Part shown: positions 37,377 to 47,473 of the stretch, piece by piece
Layout of the letters: each line of letters opens with the position of its first letter
Numbering within the stretch: the stretch's first letter is position 1
Position numbers and translations under genes: made by a program
Notes under the pieces: model-generated
The model's database searches: none
What the model was told of the DNA's origin: nothing
What the model saw: only the letters and a program-made list of their open reading frames with translations
Assembly: GCF_016462415.1 (NCBI RefSeq)
Contig: NZ_JAEMTF010000003.1
Location: 28,837-92,836 of the forward strand
Direction: 5' to 3'
DNA from: Williamsia sp.
GTDB lineage: Bacteria; Actinomycetota; Actinomycetes; Mycobacteriales; Mycobacteriaceae
DNA length: 64,000 nt

Positions 37377-38075
37377 ATGGCCTATCCATCCCGCAACAGC
37401 GACTACGACCACACCACCGGTGACGACCGGGACTGCCACTCCGGGGTCGACGACGGCGGGTCGCCGTCGAGTCGCGCGGTGCCCGGTGCCCGGATGCCAC
37501 CGCCCAACCGGTGCGCCCAGGTCTGGGAAGGCCCGGTCGGGCGCGGTGAGTTCTCCGCCGAACAACCCTTGCTATGGCTGCTCGGTGCCCACGGCGGTGC
37601 CGGGGTCAGCGTCCTGACGGCCTCGATCGCCCCGGCCGGGGACTGCGACCGGACCTGGCCCGATGCCGCACCCGAGACCGGTGATTCACCGCTGGTAGTC
37701 ATCGTCGCGCGCACCCATTTATCGGGTCTTCGACGCGCCTATGACCTGATTTCGCAGTACCACGCGGGCGGAACCGGGGCCTATGGCCAACTTCTCGGAG
37801 TCATCACCGTCGCCGATTCCGATCGCCCCCTGCGGCCCGAGGTCCGCACCGAGCTCGCCGTGCTCGAGGCGGCTGCTCCCGCGCACTGGCACGTCGGGTG
37901 GATCGAACCGTGGCGATCGATGACCCCCGACCAGCTGCCGTCACTGGCACCCGGACAACCGCTGCCCGAGGACAAGAGGGACCGCCGCGACTTCTCGATC
38001 ACACCGCCCGAACCGATCCGCGACCTGCAAGCCAACCTGCTGGCCGCGGCCCGCACAGCCATCACCACCCGGTAA
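37377..38075 (+). CDS. degenerate MinD/ParA-like protein (Walker A lysines lost)
   Basis: ORF 37161..38075 trimmed to ATG 37377. WLLGAHGGAGVSVLTASIA aligns with the SIKGGSAKTTTTIALG of the 34461 gene. VVIVARTH...LRRAYDLISQY and LGVITVADSDRPLRPEVRTEL align with its later blocks. Confidence 0.55.
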   Translation: MAYPSRNSDYDHTTGDDRDCHSGVDDGGSPSSRAVPGARMPPPNRCAQVWEGPVGRGEFSAEQPLLWLLGAHGGAGVSVLTASIAPAGDCDRTWPDAAPETGDSPLVVIVARTHLSGLRRAYDLISQYHAGGTGAYGQLLGVITVADSDRPLRPEVRTELAVLEAAAPAHWHVGWIEPWRSMTPDQLPSLAPGQPLPEDKRDRRDFSITPPEPIRDLQANLLAAARTAITTR

Positions 38076-38123
38076 CTCCACTTGGACACCAACCAGTTCA
38101 CCCGACGATAGAAGGAAACGGCA

Positions 38124-38414
38124 ATGATCTCAACGGTTCTCGCCTCGACGGCCACCGTCCTGGCCGACATCGGTCCCAGCAGCCCGCAGACCCCGACCGG
38201 CGGCGACAAGTGGCAGTCGCTACTCAACATGGGGTTGTGGGCCGCAGTCGCGGTGCTCGCGCTGATCGGCGTGTTCGCTGGCGTCAAGTTCGCCGCCTCG
38301 TACGTCTCCGGTGAGTCCACCCGCGAACGCATGATGATCCTTGGCGGCGTCTGCGTCGGAGCGGTGTTCACCGGTACCGCTGTAGCACTGGTCAACTCAC
38401 TGGCCCTGGGCTGA
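38124..38414 (+). CDS. small two-TM membrane protein (VirB2/TrbC-like topology)
   Basis: 96 aa with a hairpin of two TMs (LWAAVAVLALIGVFAGVKFAASY; ILGGVCVGAVFTGTAVALV). Confidence 0.6.
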   Translation: MISTVLASTATVLADIGPSSPQTPTGGDKWQSLLNMGLWAAVAVLALIGVFAGVKFAASYVSGESTRERMMILGGVCVGAVFTGTAVALVNSLALG

Positions 38415-38425
38415 GCGGGTCGACA

Positions 38426-38674
38426 ATGTTCCTCCTTGCTGCCGACGACACCGAAGTCCGCGCCCGCACCGACCAGCTGTTCGGCCAGGCTCTGTGGCTG
38501 ATCATCGGATTCACCGCGTTGGCCGGGGTATTCGCCGGCGTTCGCTACGCCAAGGCCTACCTCGACGGCGACGGCCACGACAAGGCCAGCGCCCATCTGA
38601 TCTGGATCTGTGTGGCGTGCCTGCTCATCTCGACCGGCGGCGCGACCGCCAATTTCATCATCGTCCAATCTTGA
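38426..38674 (+). CDS. small two-TM membrane protein, paralogue of 38124..38414
   Basis: 82 aa. LWLIIGFTALAGVFAGVRYAKAY aligns with LWAAVAVLALIGVFAGVKFAASY of the neighbouring gene. Confidence 0.6.
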   Translation: MFLLAADDTEVRARTDQLFGQALWLIIGFTALAGVFAGVRYAKAYLDGDGHDKASAHLIWICVACLLISTGGATANFIIVQS

Positions 38675-38692
38675 CGTTCGAAAGGCCCTGTC

Positions 38693-39337
38693 ATGTCTGC
38701 ACGCACCCTGCTCAACACGCTCGCCGCGGCAATCGCCATCACCGCGGTCCTCGCCGGGTGTAGCGGCACCGACACCGGTTCGGGCTCCCCGTCCTCGGCC
38801 CCAGCCGAACCGGGCCGCGCCCCCACCCAGGTCCACTGGTCGGACTTCTCTGGCGTGCAGGTGCCGACCTCAAGGGTCGATGGACCCAACGAGACCAGCG
38901 TCGGCGGGGTGCCGAGCGGATACAGCCACACACCCCAGGGCGCGATCCTGACCATCGAACAGGCTCAGGCGCGGCTGAGTCTGACCCCGGACGGTGCCTG
39001 GCCGCAGGTTCTCAACGCTGTCACCGCTCCCGGCCCCGGTCGTGATGCGTTCGCCTCGACCCGGGTCTTCGCCTCGATCACCTCCGGCTCGAAGGCCACC
39101 AAGGCACAGCAGTACGTGGGCTACACGTTCACCACCTATACCCCCGAGCGTGCTGACGCGGTTGTCGTCACCCGCGACGCGACGGGTGTCTCGACCGCCA
39201 CACCGACCACCGCGATCTGGCGCGGCGATGACTGGAAGTTGCTACTGCCCGACCCGGCGAGCAATCCCCCTGCACCGCAGATGGTTCAAGACGGCGTCGC
39301 CCGCGACGTCGTTGCGTTCGCCGCCCCCGGCAACTGA
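38693..39337 (+). CDS. lipoprotein with conserved conjugation-cluster domain
   Basis: Lipobox VLAGCSG. The domain contains SGYSHTPQGAILT, shared with the next gene. Confidence 0.6.
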   Translation: MSARTLLNTLAAAIAITAVLAGCSGTDTGSGSPSSAPAEPGRAPTQVHWSDFSGVQVPTSRVDGPNETSVGGVPSGYSHTPQGAILTIEQAQARLSLTPDGAWPQVLNAVTAPGPGRDAFASTRVFASITSGSKATKAQQYVGYTFTTYTPERADAVVVTRDATGVSTATPTTAIWRGDDWKLLLPDPASNPPAPQMVQDGVARDVVAFAAPGN

Positions 39338-39370
39338 CCCATCCGACGACTTCGACGAAGGAGCGCAGCC

Positions 39371-40291
39371 ATGAAACTGGGCGGCAAGAAGACGACCACC
39401 CCCGACGACGAGGGGGGCGGCTACCGGATCCCCGACCTCCCAGAATCGCTCGACGCCGACGAACGCAGCTGGATGATGCGCTCACCGATCACGTTGTGGC
39501 TCTCGGTGATTGTGTTGCTCGCCGCAGTTGTCGGGGCGGTGGTCGTCGTTGCGTTCGGCGGGTCGAACGACTCGGCGAAGAGCTTCGCTCCTGAGGTGTC
39601 TGCGCCCCCGCCGGCCTCGACGACGGTCTCACCGAGCGGGTCCTCCCCCGCAGGCGAGTTCGGTGCCCCGAGCATCGACTACAACAACCGGCGCGTCGAC
39701 GTCCCGATCAACGTCTACGGCCAGCCACTCGAGCAGTCGTCGCGCTCATCGTCCAGCGCGTTCGATGCCGCTTTACCGCTGCCCGTCCCGACCGGGATGA
39801 AGTGGGAGTACTTCTTCGGTCTCGCTCTGCCGTACTCGACCTCGGACGGTCCGACTATCCTGGACGGGCCGCTGGTGTCGGGGTTCGCCCACACCCCGCA
39901 GGGTGCAGCTCTGGCCGGCTATCAGATCTTCGGCCGTCAACTCCAAGGCAGCCAGGACGCACGCCGTGCTGTCGCCCAGGGACAGACCCTGGCGGGCGAT
40001 GATGCCGCGCACAAGCGCTACATCGATGAGGCGATCACTCCGGGGGCCCCGGCAGTCAAACCGCGGTTGCTGCTGCGCCCTGACGCGTTTCGGGTCATCA
40101 GCTACGCCCCCGATTTCGCGGTCACCCAGTACGCCGTCCCGATCGGGTTCGGCGGTCAGGACGCCGTCACGTCGTGGGGGGTGGTTCAGGAGCAGCTCGT
40201 CTGGTCCGGCGGTAACTGGACCCTCAAAATCGGCGACCCTGATCCGCAACTCCCACAAACCAACTCACTTCTGGGGTGGACCACATGGTGA
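39371..40291 (+). CDS. membrane-anchored paralogue of 38693..39337
   Basis: GAAGGAG RBS, one TM (ITLWLSVIVLLAAVVGAVVVVAF), and a domain with SGFAHTPQGAALAG matching the previous gene. Confidence 0.6.
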   Translation: MKLGGKKTTTPDDEGGGYRIPDLPESLDADERSWMMRSPITLWLSVIVLLAAVVGAVVVVAFGGSNDSAKSFAPEVSAPPPASTTVSPSGSSPAGEFGAPSIDYNNRRVDVPINVYGQPLEQSSRSSSSAFDAALPLPVPTGMKWEYFFGLALPYSTSDGPTILDGPLVSGFAHTPQGAALAGYQIFGRQLQGSQDARRAVAQGQTLAGDDAAHKRYIDEAITPGAPAVKPRLLLRPDAFRVISYAPDFAVTQYAVPIGFGGQDAVTSWGVVQEQLVWSGGNWTLKIGDPDPQLPQTNSLLGWTTW

Positions 40292-41898
40292 CACCGTCAC
40301 ACACCCTGAAACTCGCGCTGATCGCGATGTGCGGGGCGGTATTCCTGCTGCTGTTCGGCGGCGCGGCCATTGCCGCCGCAGCCCCGGACACGTCACCCCC
40401 GGCCACCTCGCCGCCCTCCTCAGCGGTACCGCCCGGTGCTCCCGCGTCCCCAGCACAACCGGATGCGACAGCGACCCCGGGCACCGGGGCGACCGGTCAA
40501 CAAGGTGGCGGCGATAGCTCGCTCTACGGTTACGCAAAGGAATGCAACACCGCCGGAGGCGTTCTGGGCGCGCTGGCCAAGGCAGTGATCCCCGGCGGCG
40601 AGAGCCTCGGCGGCGTCGCGAACCAGGCATGCCAGGCCACCAACGCCGCCACCCACCCCGGCGATGCGGCGAGTGCGTTGTGGGACTCCAGCGTCGGCAA
40701 GCTCGCGCAGGCCGCGATCAGCTCCTGGGGCGACGGGTTGACGCTGATGATGACGTGGTGGCTGCACATCCCGATCCCACAAGAGTTCGAGACCACTGCA
40801 CCGAAGCAGCTCAACGACGCAACCTATTACATCCAGGTGTCGCTGCTCGCCCTGTCGATGGCGATCGCCGGTCTGCGATTGGCCTGGGCACGCGCGCACG
40901 CCCGCGCTGAGGTCGCCGAGGAAACAGCGAAGATGATCACCCGGGCAGCGTTCGCCGCCTGGTCATTTGGGCCGTTCCTTCTGCTGGGTCGCGCTCTGGG
41001 CGACGCTCTCGCCGACTACCTGATCAAGCAAGCCGGAAACACCGATGGCGGCACCCTCGGCGCGGTCAAGAACCTGCTCGTCGTCGGCCCCATCCCCGGT
41101 CTGGGGCCGTTCCTGATCATCATCATGGCGATATTCGGGATCATCGGCGCACTGGTCCAAGCGGTGTGCGTCGTCATGCAGATCCTGCTGCTGATGCCCG
41201 TCATCGGTTTCGCCCCCATCGTCGCGGCCGCATCAGGGACCAAAGCCGGGGCCCAGGCGTGGGAGAAGATCAAGGGCTGGGGCATCGCGTTCGTCCTGTA
41301 CAAACCCGTCGCGGCGTCGATGATCGCCCTCGCGCTGTGGGCGGCGAACGGCTCGACCCCGATGGGACGCCTGCTCGGGATGATCATGCTCGCGTTCTCC
41401 GGGTTCGCACTGTTCGCTTTGATGCGCCTGGTCGTTCCCGCTGTCGCTGAAGTCGGTGGCAGCGGTGCGAGTGCGCTGGTTGCCGGTGGCCTCGCCGCCA
41501 GCGGCGCAGTGGGCGGGCAGGCAATCGCCGGAATGATGGGCGGCGGTAGCGGCGGCGGATCGGCCGACGGCGGACAGTCCTCGTCGGAGGCTCCGACCGG
41601 CAATTCCAGTGGCGGCAGTAGCGGCGGCATGGGCGAGATGGCGATGTCCGGTGCCGCCGCCGCAGCGACCGGCGGTGCCAGCGCAGCCGGTGGCGCATCC
41701 GGCGGGGCGTCCGGTGCGATTGGCGGCTCCGAGGCGATGGGCGGCAGCTCGTCGGGGGCCGGCGGCTCAGGCATGGCCGGTCAGCTCGGTGAACAGATCG
41801 GTGCCGCAGTCCAAGCAACCGGGTCAGCTGTCGACGACACCGCAGGCGGTGGCCCGCCCGGCAACGACGGCGGCGCACAGGGCGGGCGTGCCGAATGA
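40285..41898 (+). CDS. polytopic VirB6/TrbL-like membrane protein with a Gly/Ser/Ala-rich tail
   Basis: Signal-like N-terminus, at least 6 TMs in the central region, and a C-terminal ~130-aa low-complexity GGSGG/AAGGAS tail. Start is ATG 40285 (ATGGTGA overlap) or GTG 40276. Confidence 0.6.
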   Translation: MVTPSHTLKLALIAMCGAVFLLLFGGAAIAAAAPDTSPPATSPPSSAVPPGAPASPAQPDATATPGTGATGQQGGGDSSLYGYAKECNTAGGVLGALAKAVIPGGESLGGVANQACQATNAATHPGDAASALWDSSVGKLAQAAISSWGDGLTLMMTWWLHIPIPQEFETTAPKQLNDATYYIQVSLLALSMAIAGLRLAWARAHARAEVAEETAKMITRAAFAAWSFGPFLLLGRALGDALADYLIKQAGNTDGGTLGAVKNLLVVGPIPGLGPFLIIIMAIFGIIGALVQAVCVVMQILLLMPVIGFAPIVAAASGTKAGAQAWEKIKGWGIAFVLYKPVAASMIALALWAANGSTPMGRLLGMIMLAFSGFALFALMRLVVPAVAEVGGSGASALVAGGLAASGAVGGQAIAGMMGGGSGGGSADGGQSSSEAPTGNSSGGSSGGMGEMAMSGAAAAATGGASAAGGASGGASGAIGGSEAMGGSSSGAGGSGMAGQLGEQIGAAVQATGSAVDDTAGGGPPGNDGGAQGGRAE

Positions 41899-41965
41899 AC
41901 GTCACGGTCGCTGCCGTGTTCTACCGCGCCGCTCGGCGCAGGTCTGCTCAGACAGGAGATAGCCA

Positions 41966-43468
41966 ATGACCACCACCGTCGTCATCCCCGATCGCCGCCA
42001 ACGCCCCACCTACGGCGGCTGGATCTCGATGAAGTCGACGTTCGCGTTCGGTTTCACCAAACTCGCCGCCGCTGTCGCGGCGACCGCGGTCATCGCGATG
42101 TTCGTCGTGATGTTTGCCGTCGGTGCGATTCAGGGCCTGATCGTGCTCGTCGTGTCGTCGGTATTCGTTGCGCCGCTGGCTATTTCCATCAACGGCCGAA
42201 CGATCTATGAGGAAGTGGTTTCGATGCGTCAATGGAGTCGACAGAAGTCCCGCGGGCAGAACATCTTGCGGGCAGGTCCGTTGTCGAACCAGCCCGGTGG
42301 TCGGTGCCGCCTCCCCGGGGTATCGGCGGCCACCGAGATGTGGTGGTCGAAGGACACGATGGGCAACGAGTTCGGGATGATCCGGATGCGCGCCACCTCG
42401 CAGTACACCGTCCTGTTGCGCTGCACACCCCAGGGTGACCGCAACATCGAGCAGGACACCATCGACGAGTGGGTCGGGTCGTGGGGCTATTTCCTCGCCG
42501 CACTAGGACAGTCATCTGACATCGACGGCTGCGTCGTGGTCGTCGAATCGCTACCCGATACCGGCGCGGCGGTGCGCACCGAGGTCGAAAGCCTTTGCAG
42601 CAACGGCAATGCCCCCGAGCTGGCGAAGCGAGTCATCCGCGAACACGTCCCCCAGGTCGACCACGGTGGCCAGCGAATCTCAGCACGGATGGCGCTGACG
42701 TTTCGTGCCCGCACCCCCGAACGCCGACGCGATCCGATGAAGATGGCCCTAGAGATCGGCACCCGACTCCCTGCGCTGTATCACCACATGGCGCGATGCG
42801 GTGTCGCGTGCGAGCCGATGCTCGACCAGGAAATTGCTGGCGTCACCCGTATCGCCTATGACCCCGAAGCCCAGGAAGACGTCGAAGCGTCAATGGCCGC
42901 CCGCGACAAGTCGATGGTGTGGGAGGACGCCGGTCCGATCGCAGTTGACGAGACGAAGAAGACGTATCACCACGACAGCGGTGTGTCGCGGTCCTGGGTG
43001 ATGCGGGTACCGCCCGCCGGCACGATCAGCGAACGAGTCCTCAAGCCGCTGTTGGCCCCTCGCGGCGATATCCGGCGCAAGCGCGTGGCGATCATCTACC
43101 GCCCGCACACCGCCGCGGATGCCTCGCGAATCATCGACCGCGACTACAAATCGGCACTCGCCAAGGCATCGCAGTCGCGTGGCCCGGTGGCCCCGGCCGC
43201 GAAGATCGGCGTCGCAGCGACCGCGAAAGCCCGCGAGGAAGAAGCACAGGGCCATGGGTTGAGCCGATTCGCGATCATCGTCACCGTCACCGGCCTCGAT
43301 GAGGACGAACTTGACCTGATGGTGCCCACAGCCACCGACCTCATGGCCCAAACACGCATGAAGATGCGCGTCGCTTTCCGCACGCAGGCAGCGACATTCG
43401 CCGCCGGTCTCGGTGTCGGAGTCCTCCTGCCCGATCACATCACCGCCCCGAAGGCTCTCGGCGGATAA
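41966..43468 (+). CDS. SCO6880-like conjugation protein (two N-terminal TMs, VirB3-like position)
   Basis: N-terminus RRQRPTYGGWISMKSTFAFGFTKLAAAVAATAVIAMFVVMF resembles the SCO6880 family as I recall it. It sits immediately upstream of the VirB4-like ATPase. Confidence 0.55.
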   Translation: MTTTVVIPDRRQRPTYGGWISMKSTFAFGFTKLAAAVAATAVIAMFVVMFAVGAIQGLIVLVVSSVFVAPLAISINGRTIYEEVVSMRQWSRQKSRGQNILRAGPLSNQPGGRCRLPGVSAATEMWWSKDTMGNEFGMIRMRATSQYTVLLRCTPQGDRNIEQDTIDEWVGSWGYFLAALGQSSDIDGCVVVVESLPDTGAAVRTEVESLCSNGNAPELAKRVIREHVPQVDHGGQRISARMALTFRARTPERRRDPMKMALEIGTRLPALYHHMARCGVACEPMLDQEIAGVTRIAYDPEAQEDVEASMAARDKSMVWEDAGPIAVDETKKTYHHDSGVSRSWVMRVPPAGTISERVLKPLLAPRGDIRRKRVAIIYRPHTAADASRIIDRDYKSALAKASQSRGPVAPAAKIGVAATAKAREEEAQGHGLSRFAIIVTVTGLDEDELDLMVPTATDLMAQTRMKMRVAFRTQAATFAAGLGVGVLLPDHITAPKALGG

Positions 43469-43502
43469 CCCGTAGACGGACTCAGTCCCCTATGGCACCC
43501 AA

Positions 43503-45299
43503 ATGAAATCTCGCAGACAAGGACACCCACTCATGGCATGGACAGTGATATCGCGGACTGCCGCGGCGTTCGGTGATCGATTCGAGCAGCGCCTGACCGA
43601 TCGGGCCCGCCGCCGCCGTGCGGTACGCGATCCTGAGCGTGACGCCCGGTTGCGCAAGATCGACGCCCGTAAGACCGCCGACGCCGCCGAACGCACCCGG
43701 TTGCGGGAGGAACGCCAGAAGCTGGCGTGGCACAAATACGAACCGGCCTGGCGCCACTCTCCGGTGGTCACCGCTCACGGTTTCGACGGTCGTGGTGGCG
43801 GAAAGATGGGAGTCGTCGACCAGATCCCCGAGTTCCGGGCGACCACCCCACAGCTGTGCGGCATCTGGCCGTGGGCGGTCGCTGGGGGCGTCCCGCAGGT
43901 CGGGACCCCGATCGGACGGCACCTCGATCACGCCCTCGACGTGATGTTCGACCCGATCTCCTGGGTGTACCGCACACCGCTGATGAACACACCGTCGCTG
44001 TTCCTGCTCGGATTGCCTTCGCTCGGCAAGTCGACTCTCGGTCGCAAGCTGTGCAACGGCGCGATCGCCCAGGGCCAGATCCCGCTCATACTGGCCGACC
44101 TCAAACCCGACTACGCGCTGCTCGTCGAAGCGATGGGCGGGCACGTGATCCGGATCGGCCACGGCCTGGGCCACTTCAACCCCCTCGCCGTGGGCGCGCT
44201 CGGCTCGATCATCCCGCTCCTCGACGAGTTCCCCGAGGAACAGCGTCGCGTCCGTGCCCAGGTGTTGTCTCGCCGATTCCGGTTGATGCAGGGGTTATTG
44301 GAGCTGGTCCGTCGCGGTCCGCTCGTGGAGCATGAGAACAACCTGCTGTCGAAGACATTGCGGATCCTCGAAGACGACCCACGATTCTCCCCCACCACCC
44401 CGCCACTGATTCAGGACCTGTTCGACACCATCCAGGCCGGCCCCCTCGACCTGCGCGGGCACGTGCTGGCGCGTACCACCGAGGAATACGAAGCGAAGAC
44501 GGACCGGCTGCTGTCCACGCTGACTAGTTTGCTCGACGGCCCCCTTGGCGAGGTGTTCTCCCGGCAGACCTGCGAGCCTCTCGACCTGTCCGGCGACAAC
44601 CCGCCGGTTGCTGTCTGCGTTGACGTCTCGGCGATCGACACCGCAGACAGCGCCCTGGAAGGCGCGGTACTCCTGGCGTGCTGGGAAGACGGATTCGGTG
44701 CCATCGAAGCCGCACACACCCTCGCTGACTGCGGGCTGCGCCCGCAGCGCCACTTCCTGGTGTTCCTCGACGAGCTGTGGCGCGTGCTCGGGGCCGGCCC
44801 CGGCATGGTCTCGCGTGTCGACAAGATGACCCGCCTGACCCGCACCCTGGGAACCGGGCTCGTCGAGATCACCCACACCGTCAAAGATTTAGAATCCCTC
44901 GAGGCAGAGTTCGACATCAAGAAGGCCAAGGGCTTCATCGAACGCGCAGGGGCAGTCATCGTCGGCGGACTGCCAAGGCAGGAAATGGTGAAGCTCTGCG
45001 ACATCGTGCCGTTCACCAACCCCGAGATCGACATGGTGACGTCGTGGGCCACACCGGCTTCGTTCGACGCGCATAGCAAGAAGAAGCTCCCGCCACCTGG
45101 GCGAGGACGGTTCCTACTCAAGGTGGGCACCGACAACACCCCAGGCATTCCGTTCCAGACGTTCCTCACCGCGACCGAACGCGACCTTGGCTACCACGAC
45201 ACCAACAGCCGCTTTACCGGAGACACCAAGAACGTGACTCCTGTCGCCGACTCGACCACCAACGGAAACGGGGGTGGACGCCATGCAGTCTCCGCTTGA
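43503..45299 (+). CDS. VirB4/TraE-like conjugation ATPase
   Basis: Walker A GLPSLGKST (about 44011-44037) and Walker B-like FLVFLDELWRVL. Confidence 0.8.
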   Translation: MKSRRQGHPLMAWTVISRTAAAFGDRFEQRLTDRARRRRAVRDPERDARLRKIDARKTADAAERTRLREERQKLAWHKYEPAWRHSPVVTAHGFDGRGGGKMGVVDQIPEFRATTPQLCGIWPWAVAGGVPQVGTPIGRHLDHALDVMFDPISWVYRTPLMNTPSLFLLGLPSLGKSTLGRKLCNGAIAQGQIPLILADLKPDYALLVEAMGGHVIRIGHGLGHFNPLAVGALGSIIPLLDEFPEEQRRVRAQVLSRRFRLMQGLLELVRRGPLVEHENNLLSKTLRILEDDPRFSPTTPPLIQDLFDTIQAGPLDLRGHVLARTTEEYEAKTDRLLSTLTSLLDGPLGEVFSRQTCEPLDLSGDNPPVAVCVDVSAIDTADSALEGAVLLACWEDGFGAIEAAHTLADCGLRPQRHFLVFLDELWRVLGAGPGMVSRVDKMTRLTRTLGTGLVEITHTVKDLESLEAEFDIKKAKGFIERAGAVIVGGLPRQEMVKLCDIVPFTNPEIDMVTSWATPASFDAHSKKKLPPPGRGRFLLKVGTDNTPGIPFQTFLTATERDLGYHDTNSRFTGDTKNVTPVADSTTNGNGGGRHAVSA

Positions 45300-45344
45300 T
45301 AGAGCAGAGGCAGGACATCAGCTCGTTACTCGCCTGGCTGCGCA

Positions 45345-45683
45345 ATGAACTGCGACAGGGTGGTTCTGCTTCAGCGCATTTCGACACACCACCAGCGCTC
45401 CCAGGGCAGCGGTCAGGGCCAGACAGTGCACCGCAAGGTCGCCGAACTGCTCGCCCGGATCCTCGCGACATGCGGGGATGACGCGCCCCTGGCCCGCTCC
45501 GCGGTCAGCGACGGGGCATTCACCCATCCCGACAGCGCGGTCCGGCACGAGCTGGCTGCGGTGCTGCGGAAGCTGAATCTGCCCCAGCACGCCTCACTCG
45601 CCCGGGTAGGGCGTGCTGCAAACGACCTCCTCGGCGCCCACCTGGTCGACAACGACCTCATGTCCCGACAGGAGCATCCATGA
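45345..45683 (+). CDS. hypothetical small protein
   Basis: ORF whose stop overlaps the coupling-protein start (ATGA at 45680-45683). The 5' end is uncertain, because an alternative frame (45296..) also looks partly coding. Confidence 0.4.
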   Translation: MNCDRVVLLQRISTHHQRSQGSGQGQTVHRKVAELLARILATCGDDAPLARSAVSDGAFTHPDSAVRHELAAVLRKLNLPQHASLARVGRAANDLLGAHLVDNDLMSRQEHP

Positions 45684-47473
45684 CCACTCCCGGAAAACCC
45701 AAGCAGCCCAAGAGCACTGCCGAAGTTGAGCTGTTGTTTGGTCTCCTTGTGATCGTCCTGGCGGTGTGCGGGGCGATTGACCTCGCATTGCAGCTGGGCA
45801 CCGACCAGACGGTCCCGTGGTTCCCACCCGTCGCGGTCCTCCATCTGATCACCGGAGAACTTGCGTGGTCGACCGGAACGACGGTGGCCGCGGCGGTCAT
45901 GTTCGCTCTAGCCCTCGCGGTCATTGTCGGTGTCGTGGTCCTTCTGGCGGGTCGCCGCCGCCGACGCAGCCGGGTCGACACCATTGCCTCCAAGCTTGGC
46001 CACGGCGATTCGGTGAGCTCGTTGACCGCGCGTGCCGCGACCGCCAAGGCCAAGAGCCTGTACGTCGTTTCCGACGCGGGTCCGGGCATTCTGCTCGGCC
46101 GAATGGTCCACGGCCGCGGTGAGCGGTTGTACGCCTCCTGGGAGGACACCCAGCTCGACATCTGGGGACCACGCACCGGCAAGTCCACCTCGCGGATCAT
46201 CCCGGCGATCATGGACGCCCCCGGCGCGGTTATCGCGACGAGCAACAAACGCGACCTCGTCGACGCCACCCGAGATCCGCGCGCGCAACTCGGCTCCAAG
46301 CCGTGGGTGTTCGACCCGCAGGACATGGTTGGCGAAGTACCGACGTGGTGGTGGAACCCGCTGTCCTACGTCGTCGACGACGTCTCGGCGATCAAGCTCG
46401 CCGACCTGTTCGCCGCCGGATCTTCCGACCCGGGAGCGAAGACTGACGCGTTCTTCGACCCGGAGGGCAAAGACGTCCTTGCGGCTACTCTGCTCGCCGC
46501 CGCGCTGGACGGGCGCCCGGTCACCCAGGTCTACAGCTGGGTGACCACACCCAGCATGGAGGCGGCCGTCGTGTTGCGGCGCAACGGCTACGACCTGATG
46601 GGTGACGCGCTCGCCGCACACATTAGCTCCCCCGAAAAGCAAAAAGCGGGTGTCTTCGGCACCGCCAAGAAGACGGCCGGCTGCCTGCGACTTCGGGGCT
46701 TTCAGCCGTGGGTCACCCAGACCGGCGGACACCGACCGCACCTCGACGTCGAACAGTTCGTGCGCAACGGCGACACCCTGCACCTGCTGTCGAAGGAAGG
46801 GGCCGGAACCGGTGGACCGTTGGTCGCCGGTCTCACCGTGGCGATCATCGAAGAAGCCGAACGCCAAGGATCTCTCTCGCGCGGTGGACGCCTTGCCACA
46901 CCACTGCTGGCCGCACTCGACGAGGCCGCGAACATCGTGCGCTGGCCACAACTTCCGAACCTTTACAGCCACTACGGGTCGCGCGGAATCATGCTGATGA
47001 CCATGCTCCAGTCCTGGTCACAGGGCGTGGAGTGCTGGGGCGAAGCGGGCATGAAGAAGCTGTGGTCAGCGGCGAACGTGAAGGTTTACGGCGGCGGCGT
47101 GTCCGAATTGGAGTTCCTGCGCAGCATGTCCGAGCTGGTCGGCGACTACGACTACATCGGCTCGTCGACGTCGTCGGGATCAGGCAACGGCAGCAGCGGC
47201 TCAGTCAGCCGTCAGGCCGCATCCGGGCGGATCCTCACCGCGGCCCACCTCAACGAGTGGCCCCGCGGCCGCGCGCTGGTGTTCTCCTCCGGCAACCGGG
47301 CAACGGTGATCAAACCCGAGCCGTGGATGGCGGGCCCCCACGCGAGGGCAATCGAAACGTCGATCAAGGCAAACGATCCCACCGCCGACACAACCCTGGG
47401 CGACCTGCGCCACGGCCTGACCGCCGTTCCCCTCCAATCAGCAGTCGACACAACGAAAACGAGAGCGTCATGA
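45680..47473 (+). CDS. type IV coupling protein (VirD4/TraG/TraD family)
   Basis: Two N-terminal TMs, Walker A GPRTGKSTS (about 46165-46188), and Walker B region LLAALDEAANI. Confidence 0.85.
   Translation: MTTPGKPKQPKSTAEVELLFGLLVIVLAVCGAIDLALQLGTDQTVPWFPPVAVLHLITGELAWSTGTTVAAAVMFALALAVIVGVVVLLAGRRRRRSRVDTIASKLGHGDSVSSLTARAATAKAKSLYVVSDAGPGILLGRMVHGRGERLYASWEDTQLDIWGPRTGKSTSRIIPAIMDAPGAVIATSNKRDLVDATRDPRAQLGSKPWVFDPQDMVGEVPTWWWNPLSYVVDDVSAIKLADLFAAGSSDPGAKTDAFFDPEGKDVLAATLLAAALDGRPVTQVYSWVTTPSMEAAVVLRRNGYDLMGDALAAHISSPEKQKAGVFGTAKKTAGCLRLRGFQPWVTQTGGHRPHLDVEQFVRNGDTLHLLSKEGAGTGGPLVAGLTVAIIEEAERQGSLSRGGRLATPLLAALDEAANIVRWPQLPNLYSHYGSRGIMLMTMLQSWSQGVECWGEAGMKKLWSAANVKVYGGGVSELEFLRSMSELVGDYDYIGSSTSSGSGNGSSGSVSRQAASGRILTAAHLNEWPRGRALVFSSGNRATVIKPEPWMAGPHARAIETSIKANDPTADTTLGDLRHGLTAVPLQSAVDTTKTRAS

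Noticed and set aside
45908-47469. 354-aa minus ORF and the 5' 254 codons of + ORF 46708..48156 inside the VirD4 gene
   Set aside because: Out-of-frame or antisense overlap with the coupling-protein gene. The real DUF4913-like gene starts at ATG 47470, overlapping the VirD4 stop.
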